Source: Polyangiales bacterium (lineage in GTDB: Bacteria > Myxococcota_A > Polyangia > Polyangiales > Polyangiaceae). Taken from it: a stretch of DNA of 64,000 bases. A program made the translations under genes and the position numbers. Shown one piece after another: positions 27,502 through 36,044 of the stretch (its first letter is position 1; every line of letters starts with the position of its first letter). Location of the stretch: positions 25,611 to 89,610 of the forward strand of contig JBBRLQ010000031.1 in the NCBI GenBank assembly GCA_038231275.1, read 5' to 3'. The notes under the pieces are model-generated. The model was not told the DNA's origin, made no database searches, and saw only the letters and a program-made list of their open reading frames with translations.

Positions 27502-29499
27502 ATGGCCACTGCTGCCCGTCCTTCCGGGTCCGACGCGCGTCTTCTCTCGGCGCTCGAGCGGGCGTTCGCGAAGCACGCAGGCGCCGATGGGGTCATCGAC
27601 GTCGCCGAGCTGAAGAGGGCGCTGGGGCTACGGAGCGAGTACCTGGCGCGGCGCGTCTTGACGGCGTTCGATCTCGACGGCGACGGCGTCATCAGGAAGG
27701 ACGAGTTCCTCGAGGGCGTGCGCAAGCTTTGCCTCGGGAGCGACACCGAGAAGCTCATGTTCGCGTTTCGTCTCCATGACCACGACGGGGACGGGACGCT
27801 GAGCCGTGACGAGCTCTTTCGCATGATCGCGATCGGGCTCGCCGAGAACGACGTGGCCGAGCGCGCGACGCAGCCGCCCGACGCGCTCGCCAAGGCGCTC
27901 TTCAACATGGCGGACACGAACAAGGACGGGAAGATCTCGTTCGAGGAGTTCGAGGCCGTCGTACGGCGGCGGCCGGCGCTGCTCGAGAAGATGACGCGCA
28001 GCGAGGCGGTGTGGATCGCACCGAACGAGGATCTGCTCGTCTGGCTCGACCCGCACCAGGCGCGCGAATCGCGGTTCTCTCGCCTGCTCGAGAACGGGTG
28101 GGCGCCGGTCGTCCTCTTGGTCCTCTGGGCGGCCGTCAACGTCGGCCTCTTCGTGAACGCGATGATTCGCGGCGCGCACGACGGCGCGAACCCCATCAAC
28201 CAGGCCGGCCGCGCGCTCGGCGCGTGCATCAACTTCGACGGCGCGCTCCTCCTCTTCCCGGTGATGCGTCGCCTCCTCACCTGGGTGCGCTCGACCTGGC
28301 TCGGCCGCGCGATCCCGGTCGACGAGGCGATCACGTTCCACCGCATCGTCGGGCACACGCTGGTGGCGCTCGGCGTCGCGCACGGCACTGCGCTCTTGGT
28401 GAGCTACGGAATCGGACACCGGAGCGGCTCTGTCGAGCACCTCCTCTTCGTCACCGAGCGCGGGCTCACCGGCGTCGGGCTCCTGATCGTCATCTTCGTG
28501 ATGTGGGTCTTCGCGCTCGCGCTCGTGCGCAGATCGGCCAAATTCGAGCTCTTTTACTTCACGCACCTCCTCTACGTGGTGTGGTTCGCCCTCGCGATCG
28601 CGCACGCGCCGCAGTTTCTGTTCTGGGCCGGCGTGCCGCTGCTCGGCTTCGTCATCGAGCAGATCTTGCGCCTCGCGCGGCGCGGAAAGAAGACGGTCGT
28701 TGCCGGCGCGCAGGCGCTGCGGTCCGGCGTGACGCGCCTCGAGCTGTCCAAGCCGAAGGGCTTCGCGCACCGGGCCGGCGACTATGTCTTTCTCCGCATC
28801 CCCGAGATCGCCAAGCACGAATGGCATCCGTTCACCGTGTCGAGCGCGCCGGAGAACGAGACGCTCACGGTCCACGTCCGCACGCTCGGCAACTGGACGA
28901 CCGCGCTTCGGACCCGCGTAGAGCGCGACGAGGCGACGCCCGGTGGAGCGCAGCTCGTCGCGTTCGTCGACGGCCCCTACGGTTCGCCGAGCGCGCACAT
29001 CGAGCGGTCGCGCCACGCGGTCTTCATCGGCGCGGGCATCGGCGTGACGCCGTTCGCCGCGGTGCTCGAGAGCCTCGTGCGCCGCGAGACGAGCGCGCAC
29101 CCCTCGAAGCTCGAGAAGGTGCATTTCTTTTGGCTCAACAAGGACCAATATTCGTTCGAGTGGTTCGCCTCGCTCTTGAAGGAGCTCGAGAAAATCGACG
29201 AGAAGGCGCTCCTCGACATCCACCTCTGCATGACCGCGGGCCGCACCGGCGCCACGGCGCTCGCCCTCGAGGTCGCGCGCGAGATCCTCCACGCGTCGGG
29301 GCGCAGCGACATCATCACCGGCCTCCGAACGCACACTCACATGGGCCACCCCGACTGGGAGAAGATGCTCGGCGCGATCAAAGTGCAGCACGCGCCGAAC
29401 AAGGTGGACGTGTACTTCTGCGGCCCCGTCGGGCTCGCCAACAAGATCCGCGTCGTGAGCCAGCACCTCGGCATGAGCTTCCGCCGGGAGCAGTTCTGA
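27502..29499 (+). CDS. EF-hand NADPH oxidase (NOX5-like): 4 EF hands, 6-TM bis-heme domain, FAD and NADPH domains
   Basis: EF loops AGADGVIDVAE, DLDGDGVIRKDE, DHDGDGTLSRDE, DTNKDGKISFEE; His280/294/355/368; HPFTVSS, DGPYG, GAGIGVTPF, YFCGP, C-terminal REQF. Confidence 0.9.
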   Translation: MATAARPSGSDARLLSALERAFAKHAGADGVIDVAELKRALGLRSEYLARRVLTAFDLDGDGVIRKDEFLEGVRKLCLGSDTEKLMFAFRLHDHDGDGTLSRDELFRMIAIGLAENDVAERATQPPDALAKALFNMADTNKDGKISFEEFEAVVRRRPALLEKMTRSEAVWIAPNEDLLVWLDPHQARESRFSRLLENGWAPVVLLVLWAAVNVGLFVNAMIRGAHDGANPINQAGRALGACINFDGALLLFPVMRRLLTWVRSTWLGRAIPVDEAITFHRIVGHTLVALGVAHGTALLVSYGIGHRSGSVEHLLFVTERGLTGVGLLIVIFVMWVFALALVRRSAKFELFYFTHLLYVVWFALAIAHAPQFLFWAGVPLLGFVIEQILRLARRGKKTVVAGAQALRSGVTRLELSKPKGFAHRAGDYVFLRIPEIAKHEWHPFTVSSAPENETLTVHVRTLGNWTTALRTRVERDEATPGGAQLVAFVDGPYGSPSAHIERSRHAVFIGAGIGVTPFAAVLESLVRRETSAHPSKLEKVHFFWLNKDQYSFEWFASLLKELEKIDEKALLDIHLCMTAGRTGATALALEVAREILHASGRSDIITGLRTHTHMGHPDWEKMLGAIKVQHAPNKVDVYFCGPVGLANKIRVVSQHLGMSFRREQF

Positions 29500-30158
29500 T
29501 GCGTGTGCGCGCGCTCGAGATCGTGCTCGGCCTGACGGTGCTCTTCGGCGCGGCGAGCGCGGGGTGCCAGGGCACGGTCGTCGCCGCTGCCGATGGGGAC
29601 GGCGGCACGAAGGCCATGGGGCCTTCGTGCGCGAGCTGCCACATGGCCGACTACCTCCAGGTGAGGACGCCGCCGCACGAGGGCGTGAAGCCGACCGCGT
29701 GCGCCGTGTGCCATACGCAGACCGGCTGGCATCCTTCTGTGCTCGATCACCCGTGGCCGCTCACCGGCAAGCACGAGAAGACCGACTGCTTTCTCTGCCA
29801 CAAGGACAAGCCGCCGGTCTTCAAGGGGACGAAGAAGGCCTGCTACGCGTGCCACGCCGCCGAGTACGACAAGCCACCGTTCGCCGATCACATGCTCTTC
29901 CAGAAGGCGTGCGAGGAGTGCCACACGACGACGGACTGGAAGACGCTCGTGCCGCACCCGATCTGGCCGCCGGAGCCGGCGAAGGAAGAGGACGCGGGCG
30001 CGCAGCACGACGCCGGCCACGCCGAGCCGCACGACGCCGGCGCGGGGGTCAAGCCGAAGCCAAAGCCGCCGCCGCCCAAGCCGACGGGCTCACCGACGAC
30101 GCCGCCAACGGGCAAGCCGCCGGACGTGACGACCGGCGGGAGTCGGCACGGTCGGTAG
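29499..30158 (+). CDS. Pentaheme cytochrome c lipoprotein
   Basis: ATG overlaps NOX stop (TGATG); leader ending SAGC; CASCH, CAVCH, CFLCH, CYACH, CEECH; Pro-rich tail. Confidence 0.88.
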   Translation: MRVRALEIVLGLTVLFGAASAGCQGTVVAAADGDGGTKAMGPSCASCHMADYLQVRTPPHEGVKPTACAVCHTQTGWHPSVLDHPWPLTGKHEKTDCFLCHKDKPPVFKGTKKACYACHAAEYDKPPFADHMLFQKACEECHTTTDWKTLVPHPIWPPEPAKEEDAGAQHDAGHAEPHDAGAGVKPKPKPPPPKPTGSPTTPPTGKPPDVTTGGSRHGR

Positions 30159-30167
30159 CGCGTTCGA

Positions 30168-30389
30168 TCACGCCGCGCGCTTGATGCAGCAAGCCCAGCG
30201 CATGCCGTCCTGCGACGTGAAGTCGACGTGCCTGTCCGTGTCGTAATACGGCACGATGTGGAGGCGGCCCGGGCGCGGAAGGAAGGGGACCTCGATGCCA
30301 AGCATGGAGCCGGGGACACCGACCAGGACCGGCGGGATGACCTGCTCGGCCAGCTCGTTGCGCATCCAAAAGTGCCTGAGCATCATCAT
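30168..30389 (-). CDS. Small hypothetical protein (73 aa)
   Basis: MMMLRHFW...WACCIKRAA; fills the gap with plausible codon usage. Confidence 0.5.
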   Translation of the reverse strand: MMMLRHFWMRNELAEQVIPPVLVGVPGSMLGIEVPFLPRPGRLHIVPYYDTDRHVDFTSQDGMRWACCIKRAA

Positions 30390-30489
30390 GGGCGACTGAC
30401 GCCACCCGACCGACGTTGTCGCACCGAAAAACGACGCGATTGAGACTCCGCGGAGGCGCGGCGAGAACCCGCGTCTTTCGGGGCAGTTG

Positions 30490-30984
30490 CTAGCGTTTGC
30501 TCCGCGCAGCTGCCTTCTTCGGCGCGGGCTCATTGGCCGCGGCCTTCTTGGGGGCCGGCTTCTTCTTTGGCGCGGCGGCCACCTTCGCCGGGGCCGCGAT
30601 CGCGCGCTTCACGGTTGGCTTCGCCGCCTCGACGCGCGCCGGGCCCTTCTTCGACGCGGTTTGCGCGAGGGCGTGCGCTCTTCGGACCCAGGCGCCGAGG
30701 CGCAGGCCGTCGCCGTGCATCACGGCGGGCAAGAGCACCCAGTGGCTCATCGTCATGGTTCCGGCGACCCACGGCGACGCGCCCGGCATTTTCATCGCCT
30801 CCGAGTAGGCGATCTCGTTCGGCAGGCGGACGCCGATGCGCCCGAGCTTCCACACGAGGCCGAAGATGTTCCCGCTGGCGAAGAGGCCATCGCACCCGAA
30901 CATGCGTTTCTTGGACACCCCCGCGAGCCCATTGGCCGCGGCGTCCAGCACCGCCGCGAGCTCGTCGAGCGAAACGTCTGCCAA
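30490..30984 (-). CDS. TfoX/Sxy N-terminal domain protein with Lys/Ala/Pro-rich tail
   Basis: KRMFG..GLF..G.IFG, MSHWVLLP, W..RA; tail PKKKPAPKKAAA. Confidence 0.75.
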   Translation of the reverse strand: MADVSLDELAAVLDAAANGLAGVSKKRMFGCDGLFASGNIFGLVWKLGRIGVRLPNEIAYSEAMKMPGASPWVAGTMTMSHWVLLPAVMHGDGLRLGAWVRRAHALAQTASKKGPARVEAAKPTVKRAIAAPAKVAAAPKKKPAPKKAAANEPAPKKAAARSKR

Positions 30985-31057
30985 GAGTCACCTCCGATTT
31001 CCGGGTGGAGGATACCTGCAACCAACGGAAATGCTTGTCGGTTCGCGGACACCGAAC

Positions 31058-31069
31058 TGAACGCGTTCA
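31058..31069. promoter_or_regulatory. Palindromic operator 1, TGAACGCGTTCA
   Basis: Perfect 12-bp palindrome in the divergent intergenic region. Confidence 0.6.
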
Positions 31070-31119
31070 AAATCGTGCTTGCCGGCGTGAATCACGACCC
31101 TATCCTCTTCGTCGGACGT

Positions 31120-31135
31120 TTTGAACACGTTCAAA
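31120..31135. promoter_or_regulatory. Palindromic operator 2, TTTGAACACGTTCAAA
   Basis: 7-bp arms with 2-bp spacer, same TGAAC-N2-GTTCA core; just before RBS AAGGAGG. Confidence 0.65.
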
Positions 31136-31154
31136 TAACCTCAAAGGAGGCCTC

Positions 31155-31622
31155 ATGGAACCGTCCACCTCGTTCCTCGTCCCCGTTTACGGCGCGTATG
31201 CCCTCGTCAGCGTCACGCTGACCATCTTCCTCGCGCGGACGCTCTTCAAGAACGGCGCGGTGTTCCTGGAGGACGTCTTCAAGGACACGCCGAAGATGGC
31301 CGACGCCGTGAACCACCTGCTCGTCGTCGGGTTCTACCTGCTGAACCTCGGCTACGCGTCCCTCATCATGAAGGCCAACGGCGGCACGACGGTCATCGCG
31401 GCGGTCGAGGTGCTCGCGTGGAAGCTCGGCGCGCTGCTCATGTCGCTCGGCGTCATGCACTTCCTGAACATGTACCTCTTCTACCGGATCCGTCGGCGCG
31501 CGCGGATCGCCGTTCTGCCGCCGCCCGTCGCGCCGCAGATGCGCCTGCCCAACGGGAGCGGTGGGCAACCGTTTCCGAACGCGGCCGAGCCCGTGCACGC
31601 GTGGCGTCCGCAGAGGGCGTGA
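31155..31622 (+). CDS. Conserved hypothetical membrane protein (3 TM)
   Basis: RBS AAGGAGG; L.KNG.VFL.DVF, A.AVNHLLVVGFYL.NLGY, LG.MH. Confidence 0.8.
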   Translation: MEPSTSFLVPVYGAYALVSVTLTIFLARTLFKNGAVFLEDVFKDTPKMADAVNHLLVVGFYLLNLGYASLIMKANGGTTVIAAVEVLAWKLGALLMSLGVMHFLNMYLFYRIRRRARIAVLPPPVAPQMRLPNGSGGQPFPNAAEPVHAWRPQRA

Positions 31623-31623
31623 C

Positions 31624-32055
31624 GTGGACTCCCTCTTGGTCCTCTACGACGAGCGCTGCGCGCTTTGTATTCGATGCCGCGACTGGCTGATGCGGCAAAG
31701 GAGCTTCGTGCCGCTCGGCTTCCTCGCGTGCGGCTCGCACGAGGCGCGCAATCGCTACGGCGCGGTGCCGTGGCTCGGCGAGGAGCTCGTCGTGGTGAGC
31801 GACGATGGGGACGTGTGGGTCGGCCCCGCCGCGTTCCTCGTCGCGCTCTGGGCGCTCGAGGAGTGGCGCGAGTGGTCGTACCGCCTCAGCGGCCCCGAGC
31901 TCGCGCCGCTCGCCGAGCGGTTCTTTCACGCGATCAGCGGCAACCGGCGCGCGATCGCGGCGCTCCTCAAACCGGATCCGTGCGCGGGAGGCACGTGTAA
32001 GCTCCCGGCCGGCCACGCGGCGCCTCAGCACGCGCCGCGCGCCGCCTACCGATGA
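31624..32055 (+). CDS. DCC1-like thiol-disulfide oxidoreductase (DUF393)
   Basis: LYDERCALC (DxxCxxC), G..A...LW; C-terminal CAGGTC; GTG start right after upstream stop. Confidence 0.8.
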   Translation: MDSLLVLYDERCALCIRCRDWLMRQRSFVPLGFLACGSHEARNRYGAVPWLGEELVVVSDDGDVWVGPAAFLVALWALEEWREWSYRLSGPELAPLAERFFHAISGNRRAIAALLKPDPCAGGTCKLPAGHAAPQHAPRAAYR

Positions 32056-32738
32056 CGGACACGAAGAAGGCGACGCCGAAGAAGCGAGAGCTCACGCGCG
32101 AGAAGATCCTCGCGAGCGCGCTCTCGCTCTTTCGGCGTCGCGGCTTCGAGAAGACCACGATGCGCGACGTCGCGCGCGCGGCGAAGGTGGCCTTGGGCGC
32201 CGCGTATTATTACTTCCCTTCGAAGGAGGCGCTCGTCCTCGCCTACTACCACGACACGCAGGACGAGCACTCCCGGCGCGCGCGCGCGGCGATGGCCAAG
32301 GAGCCGACCTTGCGAGCGCGCCTCGGCGCCGTCATGCACACGAAGCTCGACGTGCTGGAGCGCGACCGCAAGCTCCTCGGAGCGATCTTCCGCAGCGTCG
32401 CCGATCCCGACGATCCGCTCAGCATCTTCGGTGCGACGTCCCGCGGCGTGCGCGAAGAGAGCCTCCAGCTCTTCGAAGACGCGCTCTCGACCTCCCCCGA
32501 CGCCGCCGGCGCGATGCTCGAGCCGGAGACGCGGCGCATCGTGTCGCGCGCTCTCTGGGGCCTGCACATGGGCCTCCTCCTCTATTACCTGCACGACGCC
32601 TCACCGGCTCAGGAAAAGACGCGCGCGCTGACCGACGGCGCGCTCGACCTGGCCGTGCAGCTCGTCTCGGTGGCGCCGCTTCTCGGCGGGCTCACCGATC
32701 CGCTGGCCGGGCTGCTGCGCGACGCAGGGCTCACCTGA
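32052..32738 (+). CDS. TetR/AcrR family transcriptional regulator
   Basis: TREKIL..AL.LF..GFEKTTMRDVA..A.VA.GAAYYYFPSKE; ATGA overlap. Confidence 0.92.
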   Translation: MTDTKKATPKKRELTREKILASALSLFRRRGFEKTTMRDVARAAKVALGAAYYYFPSKEALVLAYYHDTQDEHSRRARAAMAKEPTLRARLGAVMHTKLDVLERDRKLLGAIFRSVADPDDPLSIFGATSRGVREESLQLFEDALSTSPDAAGAMLEPETRRIVSRALWGLHMGLLLYYLHDASPAQEKTRALTDGALDLAVQLVSVAPLLGGLTDPLAGLLRDAGLT

Positions 32739-32816
32739 CGACCTCACTGTAAAGCTCTGAAAAGAATGGACGTCGAGCCCCGGGGTTTTGGGTCAAACTG
32801 AGGGTAGCCGCAAAAA

Positions 32817-34106
32817 ATGGCGAGCCTCCCCAACAAGAGCACCTGGCCGAGGCGCATCCCCTGGATCGCGCTGCTCCTCGCCATCGTCGGAGGCGGCGTC
32901 GCGTACTGGCGCTACGTGCTCGCGCACCCGCCGCCGCCCATCACGTACAAGACCGCGCCGCTGGAGCGCCGGAAGATCACCGGGCGCGTCACCGCGAGCG
33001 GCACGCTGCAGGCCGTCGTCACCGTGCAGGTCGGCACCCAAGTATCGGGGCGCCTCCAGAAGATCAACGTCGACTTCAACTCGCAGGTAAAAAAGGGCGA
33101 GCTGCTCGCGAAGATCGATCCCCAGCTGGTCCTGGCGAACGTCGCGCAGGCGCACGCCAACTACGTCTCGGCGCTCGCCGGCGTCGTCCAGGCAGAGGCG
33201 AAGTCGCGCGACGCCGAGCGCGTGTACAAGCGAACGAAGGCGCTGAACGAGCAGAACCTGGCCCCCCTCGCCGACGTCGAGACCGCCGAGACGAGCCTCG
33301 CGGTCGCCAAGGCCGGAATCGACGTCGCGAAGGCGTCGCTCGAGCAGTCGAAGGCGCAGCTGAACCAGACCGAGGTGAACCTCTCGTACACCAGCATCTT
33401 CTCGCCGATCGACGGCGTCGTGATCTCGCGCAGCGTCGACGTCGGGCAGACCGTCGCGGCGTCGCTCCAGGCGCCGGTGCTCTTCACGATCGCCGAGGAC
33501 CTACGCAAGATGCAGGTGAACACGAACGTCGCCGAGGGAGACGTCGGTCGCCTCGCCCCCGGCATGGCGACGTACTTCACGGTCGATGCGTTCCCCGGCC
33601 AGCGGTTCAACGGGAAGATCTCGCAGATCCGGAACGCGGCGCAGACCGTCCAGAACGTGGTCACGTACGACGCGGTCGTCGACGTCGACAACTCCGATCT
33701 GAAGCTGCGCCCCGGCATGACCGCGAACGTGACGGTGATCTTCGATTCGCGCGACGCGGCGCTCGCGATGCCAAACGCCGCCATGCGCTTCAAGCCGCCG
33801 CCCGCGATGCTCGGCGCGTCGAGCGCATCCAGCGCGGCGGCAGCGCCGACCGGCAGCGGCTTGGGCCAGGGCGGGCAGCGACGACAGCGCGGCGAGAAAG
33901 AGACCGACACGCGCACCGTCTGGGTGCTGCACGGCAACGCGGCGACCCAGGTGACGATCAAGCTCGGCCTCTCCGACGGAACCGTCACCGAGGTCGTGAG
34001 CGGCGACGTCAAGGAGGGCGACCTCGTCGTCACCGACGCGACCTCCGCGACCGGCGCGCCCACAGCGGCCGGCGCCAGCCCGGTGCGCGCGGGCAGGATG
34101 TTCTGA
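32817..34106 (+). CDS. MacA-like efflux periplasmic adaptor subunit
   Basis: ASGTL, VGTQVSG, VKKG.LLA.ID, SPIDGVV, GQTVAAS, LRPGMTANV. Confidence 0.9.
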   Translation: MASLPNKSTWPRRIPWIALLLAIVGGGVAYWRYVLAHPPPPITYKTAPLERRKITGRVTASGTLQAVVTVQVGTQVSGRLQKINVDFNSQVKKGELLAKIDPQLVLANVAQAHANYVSALAGVVQAEAKSRDAERVYKRTKALNEQNLAPLADVETAETSLAVAKAGIDVAKASLEQSKAQLNQTEVNLSYTSIFSPIDGVVISRSVDVGQTVAASLQAPVLFTIAEDLRKMQVNTNVAEGDVGRLAPGMATYFTVDAFPGQRFNGKISQIRNAAQTVQNVVTYDAVVDVDNSDLKLRPGMTANVTVIFDSRDAALAMPNAAMRFKPPPAMLGASSASSAAAAPTGSGLGQGGQRRQRGEKETDTRTVWVLHGNAATQVTIKLGLSDGTVTEVVSGDVKEGDLVVTDATSATGAPTAAGASPVRAGRMF

Positions 34107-34810
34107 TGGCCGAGCCGCTCATCGAGCTGACCGATCTCACGAAGATCTACGTCACCGGCGACGTCGAGCTGCACGCGCTCGACGGCGTGTCGCTCACGAT
34201 CACCGAGGGGGAGTTCGTGGCGATCATGGGGTCGAGTGGCTCCGGAAAATCCACGATGATGAACGTCATCGGCTGCCTCGATCGCCCGACCCTCGGCACC
34301 TATCGCCTCAGCGGTCGCGAGGTCAGCGGCATGAGCAAGAGCGATCTCGCCGAGGTCAGAAACCAGCTCATCGGCTTCGTGTTCCAGCAGTTCAATTTGC
34401 TCGCGCGCACCAGCGCGGTCGAGAACGTCGAGCTGCCCCTCGTCTACGCCGGCGTCGGCTCGCGTGAGCGACGGCGGCGCGCCACCCACGCGCTCGAGCG
34501 GGTCGGCCTCAGCCAGCGCCTCGAGCACCACCCCAATCAGCTCTCGGGCGGCCAGCAGCAGCGCGTCGCGATCGCACGCGCGCTCGTCAACGAGCCCAAG
34601 GTCATCCTGGCAGACGAGCCCACCGGCGCGCTCGACTCCAAGACGAGCGTGGAGGTGATGGCGCTCTTCCAGGAGCTCTGGCACGCGGGGATCACCGTCG
34701 TCGTCGTCACCCACGAGCCCGACATCGCCGCGTACGCATCGCGCGTCGTCGTCATGCGCGACGGCAAGGTCCTCTCCGACGAACGCCACGAGCCAGAAAA
34801 GGCGGCGTGA
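34106..34810 (+). CDS. ABC transporter ATP-binding protein (MacB/LolD-like)
   Basis: [35 protein letters not shown]. Confidence 0.93.
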   Translation: MAEPLIELTDLTKIYVTGDVELHALDGVSLTITEGEFVAIMGSSGSGKSTMMNVIGCLDRPTLGTYRLSGREVSGMSKSDLAEVRNQLIGFVFQQFNLLARTSAVENVELPLVYAGVGSRERRRRATHALERVGLSQRLEHHPNQLSGGQQQRVAIARALVNEPKVILADEPTGALDSKTSVEVMALFQELWHAGITVVVVTHEPDIAAYASRVVVMRDGKVLSDERHEPEKAA

Positions 34811-34811
34811 C

Positions 34812-36041
34812 GTGAACCCGCTCCTCACGCTCCGCGTCGCGCTGCGAGCGATTCTGCGCAACAAGATGCGCGCATTCCTCACCACGCTCGGCATCATCAT
34901 CGGCGTCGCCGCGGTGATCGCGATGATGGCGATCGGCGCCGGCGCGAAGGCGCAGGTCGAGCAGGCGTTCGCCGCGATGGGGACGAACTTGCTCATCATC
35001 CTCCCAGGATCGACGTCGACGGGCGGCGTTCAAGGAGGCTTCGGCTCGATGCCCACGTTGACGTGGGACGATCTCGCGGCCATTCGCGCCGAGGTCCCTA
35101 CCGTGAAGGCCGCCGCGCCGACGATGCGCTCGAACATGCCCATCGTGAGCGAAGAGCAGAACTGGACGACCGGCGTGACCGGGACCTTGCCCGAGTACTT
35201 CGAGATCCGCAGCTGGCCCATCGCCCTCGGCGCGGCGTTCACGCAGTCGGACGTCGACACCGGCACCAAGGTCGTCGTGCTCGGCCAGACGGTGGTGGAG
35301 AAGCTGTACGGCGCCAGCGCAAACCCGGTCGGCCAGAGCGTACGCATCGGGACCACGCCGTTCACGATCGTCGGCGTCGCCGCGAAGAAGGGGCAGTCGT
35401 CGACCGGTCAGGACTACGACGACGCGGCGTTCATCCCCGCGACCACCTTCGCGCAGAAGGTGCAGGGCGGCCTGAGTAAGTACCTCACCGGCCAGATCAT
35501 GGTCGCCGCGACCTCGTCCGACACGACCTCGCGCGCGCAGAGCGACATCGCGTCGCTCCTCCGCGATCGGCACCACATCGCGCCGGGCATGGACGACGAT
35601 TTTTCCTTGCGCAACCTCTCCGAGATCGCCGGCGCGCAGCAGCAGGGGACCGACACGATGACCACGCTCTTGGCGAGCGTCGCGGCTGTATCGCTCCTCG
35701 TCGGAGGCATCGGCATCATGAACATCATGCTCGTCAGCGTGACCGAGCGAACGCGCGAGATCGGCGTGCGAATGGCCGTCGGCGCGAAGCCGCACTACAT
35801 CCTCGCGCAGTTCCTCATCGAGGCGCTGAGCCTCTCGTTGGCGGGCGGGCTCCTCGGCGTCGTCGTCGGCCTCGGCACCGCGACGTGGCTCGCCGCGCGC
35901 TTCAAATGGCCGATGCTCGTCCAGACCGACGTGATCGCGATCTCGGTCGGCTTCAGCGCGTTCGTGGGGATCGTGTTCGGCCTCTACCCGGCCCGCAAGG
36001 CGTCGCAGCTCGATCCGATCGACGCGCTTCGCTACGAGTGA
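34812..36041 (+). CDS. MacB-like ABC transporter permease
   Basis: [52 protein letters not shown]. Confidence 0.93.
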   Translation: MNPLLTLRVALRAILRNKMRAFLTTLGIIIGVAAVIAMMAIGAGAKAQVEQAFAAMGTNLLIILPGSTSTGGVQGGFGSMPTLTWDDLAAIRAEVPTVKAAAPTMRSNMPIVSEEQNWTTGVTGTLPEYFEIRSWPIALGAAFTQSDVDTGTKVVVLGQTVVEKLYGASANPVGQSVRIGTTPFTIVGVAAKKGQSSTGQDYDDAAFIPATTFAQKVQGGLSKYLTGQIMVAATSSDTTSRAQSDIASLLRDRHHIAPGMDDDFSLRNLSEIAGAQQQGTDTMTTLLASVAAVSLLVGGIGIMNIMLVSVTERTREIGVRMAVGAKPHYILAQFLIEALSLSLAGGLLGVVVGLGTATWLAARFKWPMLVQTDVIAISVGFSAFVGIVFGLYPARKASQLDPIDALRYE

Positions 36042-36044
36042 GCG

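Noticed and set aside
28011..29498. Apparent 715-aa ORF suggesting a large fusion to the cytochrome
   Set aside because: The N-terminal part is an off-frame read of the NOX gene; the real start is ATG 29499 with a signal peptide
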